From: a virus
Reading direction: 5' to 3' (one strand)
Length of the DNA stretch: 64,000 nt
Virus record (IMG/VR): IMGVR_UViG_3300033571_024432
Coordinates: 52,708 to 116,707 of that record
Numbering within the stretch: the first letter of the stretch is position 1; the number at the start of each line of letters is the position of its first letter. The notes under the pieces are model-generated. The model searched no databases and was not told the DNA's origin. It saw nothing but the letters and a program-made list of their open reading frames with translations. Position numbers and translations under genes: made by a program. This document shows positions 1 to 10,919 of the stretch, piece after piece.

Positions 1-70
1 GGGGTTGGGATTTAATTAATTAATAAAATATAAAAAAAATAAATATATATAATAAAAAACAGGTATTTTT

Positions 71-1711
71 ATGATATTAAATGAAAAAAAATTAAATGAA
101 ATAATAAAAAAAGTTTTAAAGGAATCTAGATTTATTTTTGGTGATTATAAAGACGATCAAGGAAATTCTACAGATTTAAAAGCTGTTAATATATCAAAAA
201 AGTTGGGGAAACAATCAAACCCGCATGAAAGATGGACAAATCAGGATGAAAGAGAACAAATAATTGATGAAGTATATTCATTGGCAGGTCCAGATGTATT
301 TATTTCTTTTGTTGATCCATTTGAAAAAGGTGCAGATGGTTATTTAGCATCGCCTGCATTTAGTTTAAACCCGAATGCTACTTTTAATACACCTCATGGT
401 ATATATGCTTATCCTTTTGATAAAAACGATGCACAAAGATTTATAGAGACAGGTTCACCTACACCTTCTCCATTTGCTACAGGACGTAAATATTTTCATT
501 TAATGAGAATTGATTTAGCAAATCCAAATATAATTGTTTTTAATAAAGATGGAACATGTAATAGAAATATTAGTAATCAAGAATACGAGGCAAATATCGA
601 CGAAATGATTAGAATGCATTATTTGTTTTTTAAAGATGAAATAATGAATTGTGTAATGAAATATGATCGTGAATATTGGCCACGTGGTGTTAATAAGCAA
701 ACAGATAAAAATAAAAATGTTAAAATTGTTATTGATGAATATTATTTTAAAGATTCTAAAAAAGAAGAATTACAGAAATTTTTGAATAGTTTAAGATCTT
801 CAACTAGAAGCATGTATATTGATAATAATTATTATAGACTTTATAAAGCAGCATACCATTTATCAAAAAATAAATATATGGGTGATTCATCATCAGATGT
901 AAATATTGATGCCAACTTAAATGTTAAATTTTCAAAAACAAGAGAGGTAAATTCTGAATTTTTTACATTGTTATTGAATAGGATTGGTATAAAGTGTGTT
1001 ATCGATAAAGGAACAGGGGCAATACACCCAAATGAGCCAAGTCAAGTACATATTTTAACATTAGCAGATGATTCTTCTTATTATGAATATCTAGGTACAT
1101 ATCATAATAATTTAACAGCATCAGATGAATTGTTTTATTATTTCTTAAAAAATAATTTATCTGTTAATAAAAAATTTATTGCAATTGATAAAGATAAAAA
1201 AATATTTGTTTGTGATATTACAAATGCTGAGGCAAAATTGGTAACATCAGTAGAACAATATATGGTTGAACACCCTGAGGATTTTGGACATCATAAAATT
1301 AATAATGATGTTGATGTTGATGTTGATGTTGAAAATGAATATTCTAATGATCCTGATGTTATTCCATTAATAGATGAATGGGATGATGAAGATTATGAAG
1401 ATTATATTGAAACTTTCGGAATAAAGCCTACAAGAATGACAAAAAATCTAGAAAAAAAGTTCAAAAAAGAAAATTATCAAGAATTATATACATTTTTTAC
1501 TACAGAATTAGGATATCCACCAATTTTTATACCAGTCGATTGGAAAGAAATATCAAGCAAATTAAAAGTACCTTTATTGGTTTCTTTTGAGAAAAAAGTT
1601 AAAATATCTGCAATTTCAGGGTTAACATTTTTATTGAAAAAAATAGCTAAAAAATATTTTGGATATGAAAAAGTTTCGAACTCTTCTGATTCAAATGATG
1701 ATGATTTTTAA
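71..1711 (+). CDS. Putative head-packaged protein, ADP-ribosyltransferase-like family paralogue 1
   Basis: Blocks GPDVFISFVDP, NPNATFNTPHGIYAYPFD, YFHLMRIDL, IGIKCVIDKGTGAIHPNEPSQVHI shared with 3 other ORFs; leader MILNEKKLNEIIKKVLKE. ART assignment is inference. Confidence 0.6.
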   Translation: MILNEKKLNEIIKKVLKESRFIFGDYKDDQGNSTDLKAVNISKKLGKQSNPHERWTNQDEREQIIDEVYSLAGPDVFISFVDPFEKGADGYLASPAFSLNPNATFNTPHGIYAYPFDKNDAQRFIETGSPTPSPFATGRKYFHLMRIDLANPNIIVFNKDGTCNRNISNQEYEANIDEMIRMHYLFFKDEIMNCVMKYDREYWPRGVNKQTDKNKNVKIVIDEYYFKDSKKEELQKFLNSLRSSTRSMYIDNNYYRLYKAAYHLSKNKYMGDSSSDVNIDANLNVKFSKTREVNSEFFTLLLNRIGIKCVIDKGTGAIHPNEPSQVHILTLADDSSYYEYLGTYHNNLTASDELFYYFLKNNLSVNKKFIAIDKDKKIFVCDITNAEAKLVTSVEQYMVEHPEDFGHHKINNDVDVDVDVENEYSNDPDVIPLIDEWDDEDYEDYIETFGIKPTRMTKNLEKKFKKENYQELYTFFTTELGYPPIFIPVDWKEISSKLKVPLLVSFEKKVKISAISGLTFLLKKIAKKYFGYEKVSNSSDSNDDDF

Positions 1712-1754
1712 TTTTATTTAATATATATATATTAAAAAAAGTATATATTAAATT

Positions 1755-3587
1755 ATGATATTAACTAGAAACAAATTAAATAAAATAATAAAAAATAATT
1801 TAAAAGAAACCAGATTTATTTTCGGTGATTATGAAGAAGAAGATGTTGATTCTAATGATAAAAATTTAAAAAAATCAACAGGATTATCAGCAAAAAATAT
1901 GTCTAAAAATATAGGTTCAAAATTAAATTTCATGAAATTTAATTCTAATGAAGAATCTAAAGAATTTATAAAAAATATCGCAGGACCTGATACTTTTATT
2001 TCTTTTATAGACCCTTATGAAAAAGAAGACGCTGATTCTGATGATTCTGAATCTGCGATGAAGGTTCCGTCATTTAGTTTAAATCCAAATGCTACTTTTA
2101 ATACACCTCATGGTATATATGCTTATCCTTTTGATACTAAACACTGTGAAAAATTTATTATAACAGGACAACCTACAAATGCTGAATTTGCTATTGCAAG
2201 ACCTTATTTTCATTTAATTAGAATTGATTTAAATCACCCAAATGTAATTAGTTTTAATGCAGATGGTAGTAGTAATAAAAGTATAAATAGAAATAAATAT
2301 TTAAAAGAACTTAATGAACTTATAAGAGTTCATTGTAAATATTATAATAAAGATGAAAATGAAAAAGAAAATATTTCAGAATCAATTAATGAAAGGCTTA
2401 AAGAATCAATACATTTTCAATTAAGAGATCTAGGGATGAGTAATGATGAAAAATTTGACAAATTAAAAGAAAAATTTTTAAATAATCATTATTATAAATT
2501 ATATAAAGCAGCTTTTTATTTATGCTTTGAAAATGTTTTAAGAAAGTCATATGGATCTGAAGAAAAAAATTCAGAACTATATGCATTATTATTAAATGTA
2601 ATTGGTATGAAATGTATTGTTGATAATAATACAGGTACAATACACGAAAATGAACCAACGCAAATGCACATTTTGACATTTGGCGAAAATGATTCTTTTT
2701 ATGAATACGTAGGTACATTTAAAAATAATATAAAAGCAAATGAAAAAGAATTATCAGATTATATTTCAAATTTAAAGTATACAGATATTGTAAAATTTTA
2801 TTCAAAATTAGACGGTAGCAAATGTTTTGATAAAAATCTAATTGATACTATTTTTAATTTATATAAAAATGATGATGATATAATGTCATTGTTTGTAAAA
2901 TTAATTTATGAAAAATTAATGACATTTTGTTTCGATACAGAAGAAAGAATAGATATTATTAATAAAATAATATCACAAGACTTTGTTAATTGGTTAGAAA
3001 CTTCTGTAGTAAGTGCTAGTGGTATGAAAAATATAAAAAAATGGTTAGGTATAAACGAAGAAAATATATCAAACAAGTATACTTCTTTAAAAGACTGGAT
3101 ATCATTATTTAAAGAAAAAAGTAAAAGTCAAATTACATTTTTATTACACGAACATGTATTAAACAAATTTGATGGTCTAGAAATATTAATAGCAGCAAGA
3201 AATATAGATTTAAAAACATTTTGTTTATTATATGAAATAATAATGTATGAACATGAATTTAATAAAAAAATAACCGAACAAGATAATGCAACAAAAACTT
3301 TCCTGCTTAATACATTAAGTAATATTGATATAGATATATTTAAAAATATAATTAAAGCAACAGATATCGATTTATTTAAAGAACAAAATACTATAGAAAT
3401 GTTTATAAATAAAAACATTAATGATCTAAAAAGAATTGATATATTTTTTAATTATATTTCAAATTCTTTACCTCATATGGAAGATAAAATTAAGCAATAT
3501 ATAAAAAATAAAGTTAAAAATAAAAATGAATCATTAAAAAAATTAAAAGCGTTAATTAGATATGAATTAAAAAATATATTACATTAA
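1755..3587 (+). CDS. ART-like family paralogue 2
   Basis: Same blocks (TPHGIYAYPFD; IGMKCIVDNNTGTIHENEPTQMHI); leader MILTRNKLNKIIKNNLKE; unrelated C-terminal half. Confidence 0.6.
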   Translation: MILTRNKLNKIIKNNLKETRFIFGDYEEEDVDSNDKNLKKSTGLSAKNMSKNIGSKLNFMKFNSNEESKEFIKNIAGPDTFISFIDPYEKEDADSDDSESAMKVPSFSLNPNATFNTPHGIYAYPFDTKHCEKFIITGQPTNAEFAIARPYFHLIRIDLNHPNVISFNADGSSNKSINRNKYLKELNELIRVHCKYYNKDENEKENISESINERLKESIHFQLRDLGMSNDEKFDKLKEKFLNNHYYKLYKAAFYLCFENVLRKSYGSEEKNSELYALLLNVIGMKCIVDNNTGTIHENEPTQMHILTFGENDSFYEYVGTFKNNIKANEKELSDYISNLKYTDIVKFYSKLDGSKCFDKNLIDTIFNLYKNDDDIMSLFVKLIYEKLMTFCFDTEERIDIINKIISQDFVNWLETSVVSASGMKNIKKWLGINEENISNKYTSLKDWISLFKEKSKSQITFLLHEHVLNKFDGLEILIAARNIDLKTFCLLYEIIMYEHEFNKKITEQDNATKTFLLNTLSNIDIDIFKNIIKATDIDLFKEQNTIEMFINKNINDLKRIDIFFNYISNSLPHMEDKIKQYIKNKVKNKNESLKKLKALIRYELKNILH

Positions 3588-5053
3588 TTATTCTTTGATT
3601 CATTAAATTTTTCTAAGTAATATTGATATATTTCGTTTGTAATATTTTCAGTTGATTCTTTTTCTAAATCAATATTTCTTTCATTAACTATTTTTTTAAA
3701 ATTTTTTAATAAAGAAATAGAAGGTTTAGACTTTTTACTATTGTCTAGTTTTAAAAATTTCCTAAAATCATACATTTTATTATTTGAGTTTGATATATTT
3801 TTTAAAAATGTTATATCATTATTAATTTTTACTATTTTTTTTCTATCATTCATTAGTGGTAATTTATTCTTTCTACAAAAACTTTCCAAGTTTTGTAGAA
3901 AATATATAAAAACATCAATAATTTGATCTGTAATTTCAGTAGGATCTGTTCCACCATGAGCTTTTTTTAATTTTTCAATAAATGATTGATAATTATTAAT
4001 AATATTATCAACTTCTGGAATATCGCCAGATTGATAATCAAAAACGTATAATTTTCTACTTTCAATCCAATTTGAATTTGGTACAATTAAATGTTTATTA
4101 AAATATGCATCTGCAATTGACCAAGCGATAAAAGATCCTATAAATTTTAATACAGGAATGAAAAGCACCTCATTTAATTTATTTGTTTTTTTATAAGATT
4201 TGACATATGATTCGGTATATGGAATAAAACCCTTTACTTTATTTGGAAGCACTTCCTCGGCAACGTCAATAGGTTTAAAAGCATCTTTAACTTTATTTTT
4301 AATAAAAGATCCTATTTTTTTAGTTTGATTTTTAGCTACACCTGGTGATACTAGACTTGTTACGGCTGTAAATCCATCTCCTTCATCACCTTCAAAATAA
4401 TCTATCCAATCTTCATCGCCTGTATAATAAGATTTTTGTTTAGAAATATATAAACTACTTCCTTCTTCATTAATAACATCAGAAATTGCATGACGTATAT
4501 ATTCAGATTCTGAATTATCTAACATTATACATATTTTCTTTTTATTTCCATTTAATAATATTTTAAATTTAGATGTTAGAATTAATTCATTATATTCTTT
4601 TTGTTTATTATTATCAATTTTATCGCCATTTGATATAGATTTAAAAAATTTAGTATATTTTTGATAATTATCTATAGGTATTTGTTTCCATTCAGTAAAA
4701 TATTTTTTTAAATTTTCATCATCTTGAGACAATTTTTCAAAACCAGATAACTTAGCAATACTTTTATTAATTTCTTTTTTAATATTTGTGTTAAAAAAAG
4801 GTAAATTATCTGTAAGAGATTTTTTTTGATTATATAATTTTTGTACAGAACTCATAATTTGATTATTTGTAATAATCTTATAACATTTTTCATAAAATAA
4901 ATTTAGTACGTCGTCTCCTATAGTTGAATCATCTTCTTGTCCTTCTTTCTCGTCATATGAATCTTCTAAATTATTTTGATTAAGCTCTTTTAAAATTTTT
5001 TCTATAATTATTTTTTTTATTTGACTTTCATTAATAATTTTTATATCACTCAT
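3584..5053 (-). CDS. Hypothetical protein with head-targeting-like leader
   Basis: 489-aa ORF; leader IINESQIKKIIIEKILKE; RBS-like AGGA upstream on minus strand. Confidence 0.7.
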   Translation of the reverse strand: MSDIKIINESQIKKIIIEKILKELNQNNLEDSYDEKEGQEDDSTIGDDVLNLFYEKCYKIITNNQIMSSVQKLYNQKKSLTDNLPFFNTNIKKEINKSIAKLSGFEKLSQDDENLKKYFTEWKQIPIDNYQKYTKFFKSISNGDKIDNNKQKEYNELILTSKFKILLNGNKKKICIMLDNSESEYIRHAISDVINEEGSSLYISKQKSYYTGDEDWIDYFEGDEGDGFTAVTSLVSPGVAKNQTKKIGSFIKNKVKDAFKPIDVAEEVLPNKVKGFIPYTESYVKSYKKTNKLNEVLFIPVLKFIGSFIAWSIADAYFNKHLIVPNSNWIESRKLYVFDYQSGDIPEVDNIINNYQSFIEKLKKAHGGTDPTEITDQIIDVFIYFLQNLESFCRKNKLPLMNDRKKIVKINNDITFLKNISNSNNKMYDFRKFLKLDNSKKSKPSISLLKNFKKIVNERNIDLEKESTENITNEIYQYYLEKFNESKNN

Positions 5054-5168
5054 AAAACTTATATCCTATTTTTATATAAAATAAATATATTATACTTTTT
5101 TTTATTTATAAATTAAAATTGATTAATTTTCATTCTTAATCATAACAATAATTTTATTGAATTTATTT

Positions 5169-6575
5169 TTATTTTGATTGATTTAACTGTATAGTCTTTG
5201 TGTTTGGTTTATTTGAATTTGTTTGAAGTTGATTATTAGATGTTTTTTTAGCAGCTCTGTCTTTGAACATTTTTTCTAATGAAATATTGGCAGCGTCTTC
5301 TAACTCTGTTATTTTGCTTAATGCATCACTTACATTAATATTTGATTTAAGTACTTTATTTAAACCTTTTTCTTTTGCTTCTTGTAGGGATTTGTCTGTC
5401 CATTCTTTATCACTGTCAGCAATGCAATATAGGTATCTAAATAATGTTCTTGATATGACAATATATTGTGATACTTTAAACATTTGATTGCCATAAAAAG
5501 CAGCTAAATATTTTCCTAAATTATTAACATTTTTTAACTTATCTATAGTGGGTTGAAGTTTATCACTATTTTTATCGTTATTATACAAACCCACAAGTAT
5601 TTCGTTTTGCGGATTTGTTAAATAATCAGTAATTTTTGAAATTAAATCTTTATTTTCTGTAATTGGACCAAATTTTTTAATTCCTTTTTTAGCCAAAATT
5701 TGTTCAAATTTTTTAGTAGATTTAGAAGTGTCTTGTAAAGCATTCATTAATTGTGGATTTAACAAAATTTTTGCCAATTCAAAATAACCGCCATTAAGTT
5801 GAGGGATTCTAAATAATACTGGCAATTCATTACTTTCAACTGTTACGTTATTTTGATTTTGATTTTGTGTTTGAGGATTATTATTAGCAATATAATCTTT
5901 ATTATTATTAACATATTCATCATCTAAATATTTGAATACAGCACTTACGTCAATTAATTTTTTGTAAAGGTCAGATTCAGTAAATATAATTATTGCCTTA
6001 GCATCAAAAAAGTTTTTTTTCTCTGCACCGAATAACGTGACGGAATCATACTCAGTATAATAATTAACAAGATCAGAATCATATGTATATCCTTCAAATT
6101 GAGCAAATTTCTTTTGAAGTTCATCATATATATTATTATTTGACTTTTTAATCATTATTATTTTGTGCCTACCACCGTCAAAATGACTTGATTGAAGTTC
6201 GCTTGTTTTTAATATTAAAGTAGGATCAGCATCAAAAAGATTGCTTTTTGCATCTCCTTTAATTATATTATCACGATAAGATAAATTTTTGTTTGCAATA
6301 TCATCATCCACTTTTAAGTAATTTTCAATTACTCCTGCAATTTCTTTATTCAAATAAACTGATTTGTCTGTATTACTTGAATTTAAGAATTCGTTTAATT
6401 GATTGTCTGTGCTATCTTGTTGTTGATCAGCGACTGAAGTCGCTGTGTCATCTTGCTCTTCCCCAACAACGTCATCAACTTCTTCCTCTTCTTTTAATAA
6501 TTTTTTTTTATAATTTTCTATAAGCTTTGTTTTTATAATTTTTCTTATAACTGATTCGTTAATTCTTTTTAACAT
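5169..6575 (-). CDS. Hypothetical protein with head-targeting-like leader
   Basis: 468-aa ORF; MLKRINESVIRKIIKTKLIE...LLKEEEE followed by an acidic stretch; AAAGGA RBS. Confidence 0.7.
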   Translation of the reverse strand: MLKRINESVIRKIIKTKLIENYKKKLLKEEEEVDDVVGEEQDDTATSVADQQQDSTDNQLNEFLNSSNTDKSVYLNKEIAGVIENYLKVDDDIANKNLSYRDNIIKGDAKSNLFDADPTLILKTSELQSSHFDGGRHKIIMIKKSNNNIYDELQKKFAQFEGYTYDSDLVNYYTEYDSVTLFGAEKKNFFDAKAIIIFTESDLYKKLIDVSAVFKYLDDEYVNNNKDYIANNNPQTQNQNQNNVTVESNELPVLFRIPQLNGGYFELAKILLNPQLMNALQDTSKSTKKFEQILAKKGIKKFGPITENKDLISKITDYLTNPQNEILVGLYNNDKNSDKLQPTIDKLKNVNNLGKYLAAFYGNQMFKVSQYIVISRTLFRYLYCIADSDKEWTDKSLQEAKEKGLNKVLKSNINVSDALSKITELEDAANISLEKMFKDRAAKKTSNNQLQTNSNKPNTKTIQLNQSK

Positions 6576-6679
6576 AAAAATCCTTTAAATTGTTTTAATA
6601 ATAAATATATCTATGATTTAAATTTAGTTTATATAAAATAGATATATATTAATATTAAGAAGTATTTATGTGAGATGAT

Positions 6680-7129
6680 ATGATATATGTTAGAGTTGAA
6701 GATTTGTATTCTTTGATAAGAGAGAGTATATATGAAAATATGAATGTTGATCAGGAGTATTTGACTGAGACTGTATCTATGTGGTTGGATGATGAGACTG
6801 ATCATAAGATTGATGATACAGCTGAAAAGCATAATATGCCTCCTGGATCTTTAGCATCAATTTATCGAAAAGCATTGGCTAGATGGTTTAAAGTAAATAG
6901 ATATGGAGATGGTAAAGATCAGCATTTACATGCGTTGAAAGATGTGCAAAATTTTATATATAATAAAGATGAGTTTAGATCAAAACATCCTGTTGAGTGG
7001 AATCGTGTGAAAAAGTTTAGGAAGAAGAAGATATCTGATGATTTTGCACACAATATTGAGATGCGAAAGAAGCGATTGCAGAGATTGAAGATGAAAAAAA
7101 TGCGTCAGCGTATGTTAGATAATTCATAG
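6680..7129 (+). CDS. Hypothetical protein, basic C-terminus
   Basis: 149-aa ORF; leader LYSLIRESIYE; core TAEKHNMPPGSLASIYRKALARW...VQNFI resembles a small domain recurrent in large DNA viruses (recalled, unverified). Confidence 0.6.
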   Translation: MIYVRVEDLYSLIRESIYENMNVDQEYLTETVSMWLDDETDHKIDDTAEKHNMPPGSLASIYRKALARWFKVNRYGDGKDQHLHALKDVQNFIYNKDEFRSKHPVEWNRVKKFRKKKISDDFAHNIEMRKKRLQRLKMKKMRQRMLDNS

Positions 7130-7209
7130 AAAATATAAAATAGTAAAAGTATATTTTATTTATTATAATAGTATTATAAGTTTTATTTTATAGATTTATT
7201 AGAAAGAAA

Positions 7210-7854
7210 ATGAATATGAATTGTATTTATAATGTTTCTCCTAATTTAAAAGTTGTTGAATTGAGACAAGATCCGTTGATGATAAATATTACAACGATTG
7301 ATGAAGAAACAGCAGCTGAATTTAGAGATGCCATGTCCATGGCACATAATTCAGGACAAGAAGTTATTCCTATTATTATTGATAGTTATGGTGGTAATGT
7401 TCATAGTTTGTTATCTATGGTTGATTGTATTGTTGAATCTAAGCGAAAAGTTGCTACGATTGTAATAGGTAAAGCATTAGGTTGTGCTTCTATTTTGGCT
7501 GCTATGGGAAACAAAGGTTTACGTTTTGTATCTCCTAATGCATCATTAATGTTAAATAATGTAAGTAAAGAAAGTTGGGGTAAAACTGGTGATTTTAAAC
7601 CTGATAGTAGAGAAGTTGAAAGATTATATAAACTTGTATGTAAAATGCTTGACAAAAATTGTGATAAAGAAGAAGGATATTTTGAATCACTTATCAAAGA
7701 TAAAGGTGGTTGTGATTGGTATTTTGAAGCTTCTGATGCTGTTGATTATAACTTGATTGATCATATTAAACTGCCATGGATGGAAGTAAATATACAACCT
7801 GAATATCAATTTGATAATATTAAATATAAGGAGAATGTCAATGAAATTGATTAG
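7210..7854 (+). CDS. ClpP-fold protein lacking catalytic Ser and His (ClpR-like)
   Basis: IDSYGG, GKALGCA (Ser->Gly), SLMLNN (His->Asn), DWYFEASDAVDYNLID. Confidence 0.85.
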   Translation: MNMNCIYNVSPNLKVVELRQDPLMINITTIDEETAAEFRDAMSMAHNSGQEVIPIIIDSYGGNVHSLLSMVDCIVESKRKVATIVIGKALGCASILAAMGNKGLRFVSPNASLMLNNVSKESWGKTGDFKPDSREVERLYKLVCKMLDKNCDKEEGYFESLIKDKGGCDWYFEASDAVDYNLIDHIKLPWMEVNIQPEYQFDNIKYKENVNEID

Positions 7855-8449
7855 AAATATTTCTAAAAAGATTAAAGAATTAGAGATGAGATTGGCGCCT
7901 GTTATAATTTGTGTTAATGATTTTACAGAAGAGAATGCAAATCAATTTATTAAAGAAATTGGATTAGCACATAACACTGGACAGCCTATTATTCCTGTTG
8001 TAATTGATAGTTATGGCGGTGATGTATATTCATTAGGTCGTATGATTGATGCTATTAAAAATGCAACTTTACCTGTTGCGACTATAGTTGAAGGAAAAGC
8101 AATGAGTTGTGGAGCTATTCTGATGACATATGGAACCAAAGGATATCGTTATTGTAATCAAGATGCAACAGTTATGATGCATGATATTAGTGCTTCATCT
8201 TATGGTAAAATTGAAGAAATACGTAGTTCATTACAAGAAGTTGATAGATTACAAAGTAAAATTTTAGCAGAAGTTGATAGAAATTGTTGTCAGGAAAAAG
8301 GTTATTTTAATAAAAATATTCATGATAAAGGTCGAGCAGATTGGTTTATTAATCCTGATGAAGCTCTTGCGATAGGTATGTGTGATAAATTAGGAAATCC
8401 TAATTTAAATATTGATTTTAAAGTTGACATTTCGTTTAAATTTGATTGA
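7841..8449 (+). CDS. clpP: Clp protease proteolytic subunit, intact triad
   Basis: IDSYGG, GKAMSCG (Ser), VMMHD (His), ADWFINPDEAL (Asp); start moved to ATG 7841 behind AAGGAG. Confidence 0.9.
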   Translation: MKLIRNISKKIKELEMRLAPVIICVNDFTEENANQFIKEIGLAHNTGQPIIPVVIDSYGGDVYSLGRMIDAIKNATLPVATIVEGKAMSCGAILMTYGTKGYRYCNQDATVMMHDISASSYGKIEEIRSSLQEVDRLQSKILAEVDRNCCQEKGYFNKNIHDKGRADWFINPDEALAIGMCDKLGNPNLNIDFKVDISFKFD

Positions 8450-8461
8450 AAGAAAAAAAAT

Positions 8462-9157
8462 ATGGTAGAATATAATAACAAAATTTATTTATATGAAGAT
8501 AATATAGGATATGTTGAGTATATTCAACATGTTGGTAATGATTTAACAATCGTTAATGCTGCGCGTGTATCGACAGGAAAAGAATCTGTAAATTTTGAAG
8601 AGAAAGATAGGAAATTATTAGATTTTCTGATCAAATCAGGACATACATCAACTCTTGAACATAATATCTTAACTGTTAGATGTAAAGTTCCAATGTTTAT
8701 TTCTAAACAACATATGAGGCATAGAACACAATCATATAATGAAATAAGTAGAAGATATACAGCAGAAAAAATTGAATTTTATATCCCTGATTCATTAAGA
8801 CCGCAGGATAAAAAGAATCGTCAAGCAACATTGATGGAAGAATATAATCCTTTATTAGAAACAACAGGCTTTGATGCTATTAATAGTTTAAGATTACATT
8901 GTGAAAATTCAAAAAAAGTATATGATGAAATGATTCAAAAAGGTGTAGGAAGAGAAATGGCTAGAATGTATTTACCTCAGAATTTATATACTACATATTG
9001 GGCTACAGCTAATTTAAATAATTGGATGGATTTTGTATCTAAAAGATCTCATATAGATGCGCAATATGAGATTAGACAATTGGCTGAAGGTGTTGAAAAA
9101 ATTATTAGAGATTTATGGCCTTTTGCATATGAATCATATTTAAATAATAAAAAATAA
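8462..9157 (+). CDS. thyX: Flavin-dependent thymidylate synthase
   Basis: RHRx7SxR motif (RHRTQSYNEISRR), GHTSTLEH, REMARMYLP, AQYEIR. Confidence 0.95.
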   Translation: MVEYNNKIYLYEDNIGYVEYIQHVGNDLTIVNAARVSTGKESVNFEEKDRKLLDFLIKSGHTSTLEHNILTVRCKVPMFISKQHMRHRTQSYNEISRRYTAEKIEFYIPDSLRPQDKKNRQATLMEEYNPLLETTGFDAINSLRLHCENSKKVYDEMIQKGVGREMARMYLPQNLYTTYWATANLNNWMDFVSKRSHIDAQYEIRQLAEGVEKIIRDLWPFAYESYLNNKK

Positions 9158-9197
9158 TAATATTGAATAAATAGATATTAATTAAAAGGAATAAACA

Positions 9198-10919
9198 GTG
9201 TTAATATCTGATGAAAGTTTATTAAGAAAATATATTAATAATTTAATATTTGAAGGTTTTACTCCACAAAATCCTTCTATTTCTTTTGTTGATAGTAGTA
9301 AATTTATAAATCCTATTTATAATAAAATATGTAAGGAAATTTTACCATTAGTTTTAGGTGAATTAAATAAATTTTATCCTGATTTAAGTCAATTTATATT
9401 TAAATCATTTAATAATAAATATACAGTACATAAAGATAAATTATTAAATGCATTATCTGATCCTGCTTTTATTACATCAATATTGTCTAAACTTCCTGAT
9501 TTAAAAAATTTTATCGATATTAATGAAATGTTGACTCCAGATAATGTTCGATTTATAAAATTAATTAATAATAATTTAGGTGGATTTAAAATATTAAATT
9601 CTGATACTCCTTTTAATGTTCAAATATTTTTTTCAAATAATGATGCTGGTTTATGGTCAAATAATATAACAAATATAAATATCCCAAAAGACGCATATGC
9701 AGGGTTTTTTCAATTGGTCGGATATAAACAAACAGGTATAGAATGTTATATAACTTTTAATTTATTTCATTTTATATATCACTCTTTTTTTATATATTAT
9801 GTTGGTGTTACAAGAAAAAATGATTCATGGGAAAATGTATTTAATAAATATCTGAGTGATTCTATTAAAATTCAATTATTAAAAGTAATAAGACATGAAT
9901 TAGAGCACGCATTTCAGACAACAAATAATCTTTTAAATAAGATGAAAACTCGTCTTATTAATTATATAAATCCTATTTTAAAGCAGACAAGAAATAAAGA
10001 AAGAAAAATAAGGGCTAAAGATAGGTTAGCAGGTAAAAATATTGCCATACCAATTAAATCAAGTATTGTATCTTTTTTAAAAGATAAAAATACTGATTAT
10101 CTTCATTTTAAAAAATTGACGCTAATATTATTAGAAACATTACGTGAAAGTCCTTCAATATCTATACAATATAGTGTTAATAAAAAAAGAAAAGGATATG
10201 GCTTTACTAAAACAAATCCTAATATTTTAAAATATTCAAATCAAAAATATGTAAATCAAAATAATAATATTGCTAGTGATCGCGAATCTAAATTATATCG
10301 ATATGATCCAGTTGAAATAATTCCGCAATTAAATGATCTTGTAATGTCATATGTATTTGCTGCTGCTGGATTTTTTGCAAATGTAGAATCGGCAATAGAT
10401 TGGTTTTTTGAATTTATTGAATCTGATTTATTTAAAGAAAAATATGCTTTTGAAAAAGATTCAAAAACAAAAACTGATATATTAGAGGCATTTTTAAAGA
10501 ATTCTAATTGTTTAAAAAATAAAGAGTTTGTAATTGATGATGTATTAATTAATAATAAATTACCATATAAATCTTTTAATTTTACAGAAGATTTTAATGA
10601 AATAATTAATGAATTTATTAATAATTTTAATTATATAACAATTGGTCAATCAGACTTATTATTTGATTTATTATCTGTTAAATCAAATGAACGTAATATT
10701 TATTTTGATGAAAGCACACCTACAGTAAATATTAATAGATCTGAATCTGTTTTAACAGATACTGATATCTTAAACGATCCTCAAACAAAGTCAGTAAATA
10801 TTACTGATTTAAATAATTATAGAGATAAGCTTGGAAAAGAAATTAAAAATTTGTTTATTAAAAAAATGAAAAAATTGTGGCAACAAAAAAATATGTTGAA
10901 TATAAATTTAGATATTTAA
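9198..10919 (+). CDS. Putative zincin-like metallopeptidase with head-targeting-like leader
   Basis: HExxH (IRHELEHAFQ) plus downstream YRYDPVE; leader MLISDESLLRKYINNLIFE; GTG start with AAAGGA. Confidence 0.6.
   Translation: MLISDESLLRKYINNLIFEGFTPQNPSISFVDSSKFINPIYNKICKEILPLVLGELNKFYPDLSQFIFKSFNNKYTVHKDKLLNALSDPAFITSILSKLPDLKNFIDINEMLTPDNVRFIKLINNNLGGFKILNSDTPFNVQIFFSNNDAGLWSNNITNINIPKDAYAGFFQLVGYKQTGIECYITFNLFHFIYHSFFIYYVGVTRKNDSWENVFNKYLSDSIKIQLLKVIRHELEHAFQTTNNLLNKMKTRLINYINPILKQTRNKERKIRAKDRLAGKNIAIPIKSSIVSFLKDKNTDYLHFKKLTLILLETLRESPSISIQYSVNKKRKGYGFTKTNPNILKYSNQKYVNQNNNIASDRESKLYRYDPVEIIPQLNDLVMSYVFAAAGFFANVESAIDWFFEFIESDLFKEKYAFEKDSKTKTDILEAFLKNSNCLKNKEFVIDDVLINNKLPYKSFNFTEDFNEIINEFINNFNYITIGQSDLLFDLLSVKSNERNIYFDESTPTVNINRSESVLTDTDILNDPQTKSVNITDLNNYRDKLGKEIKNLFIKKMKKLWQQKNMLNINLDI

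Noticed and set aside
1307-1330. (GATGTT)4 microsatellite
   Set aside because: Encodes a DVDVDVDV acidic linker; ordinary low-complexity coding sequence
7811-7840. ORF-track TTG start for clpP (likewise starts at 28478, 46485, 49374, 57142, 59053)
   Set aside because: Downstream ATGs have better RBS spacing and match paralogue or leader N-termini
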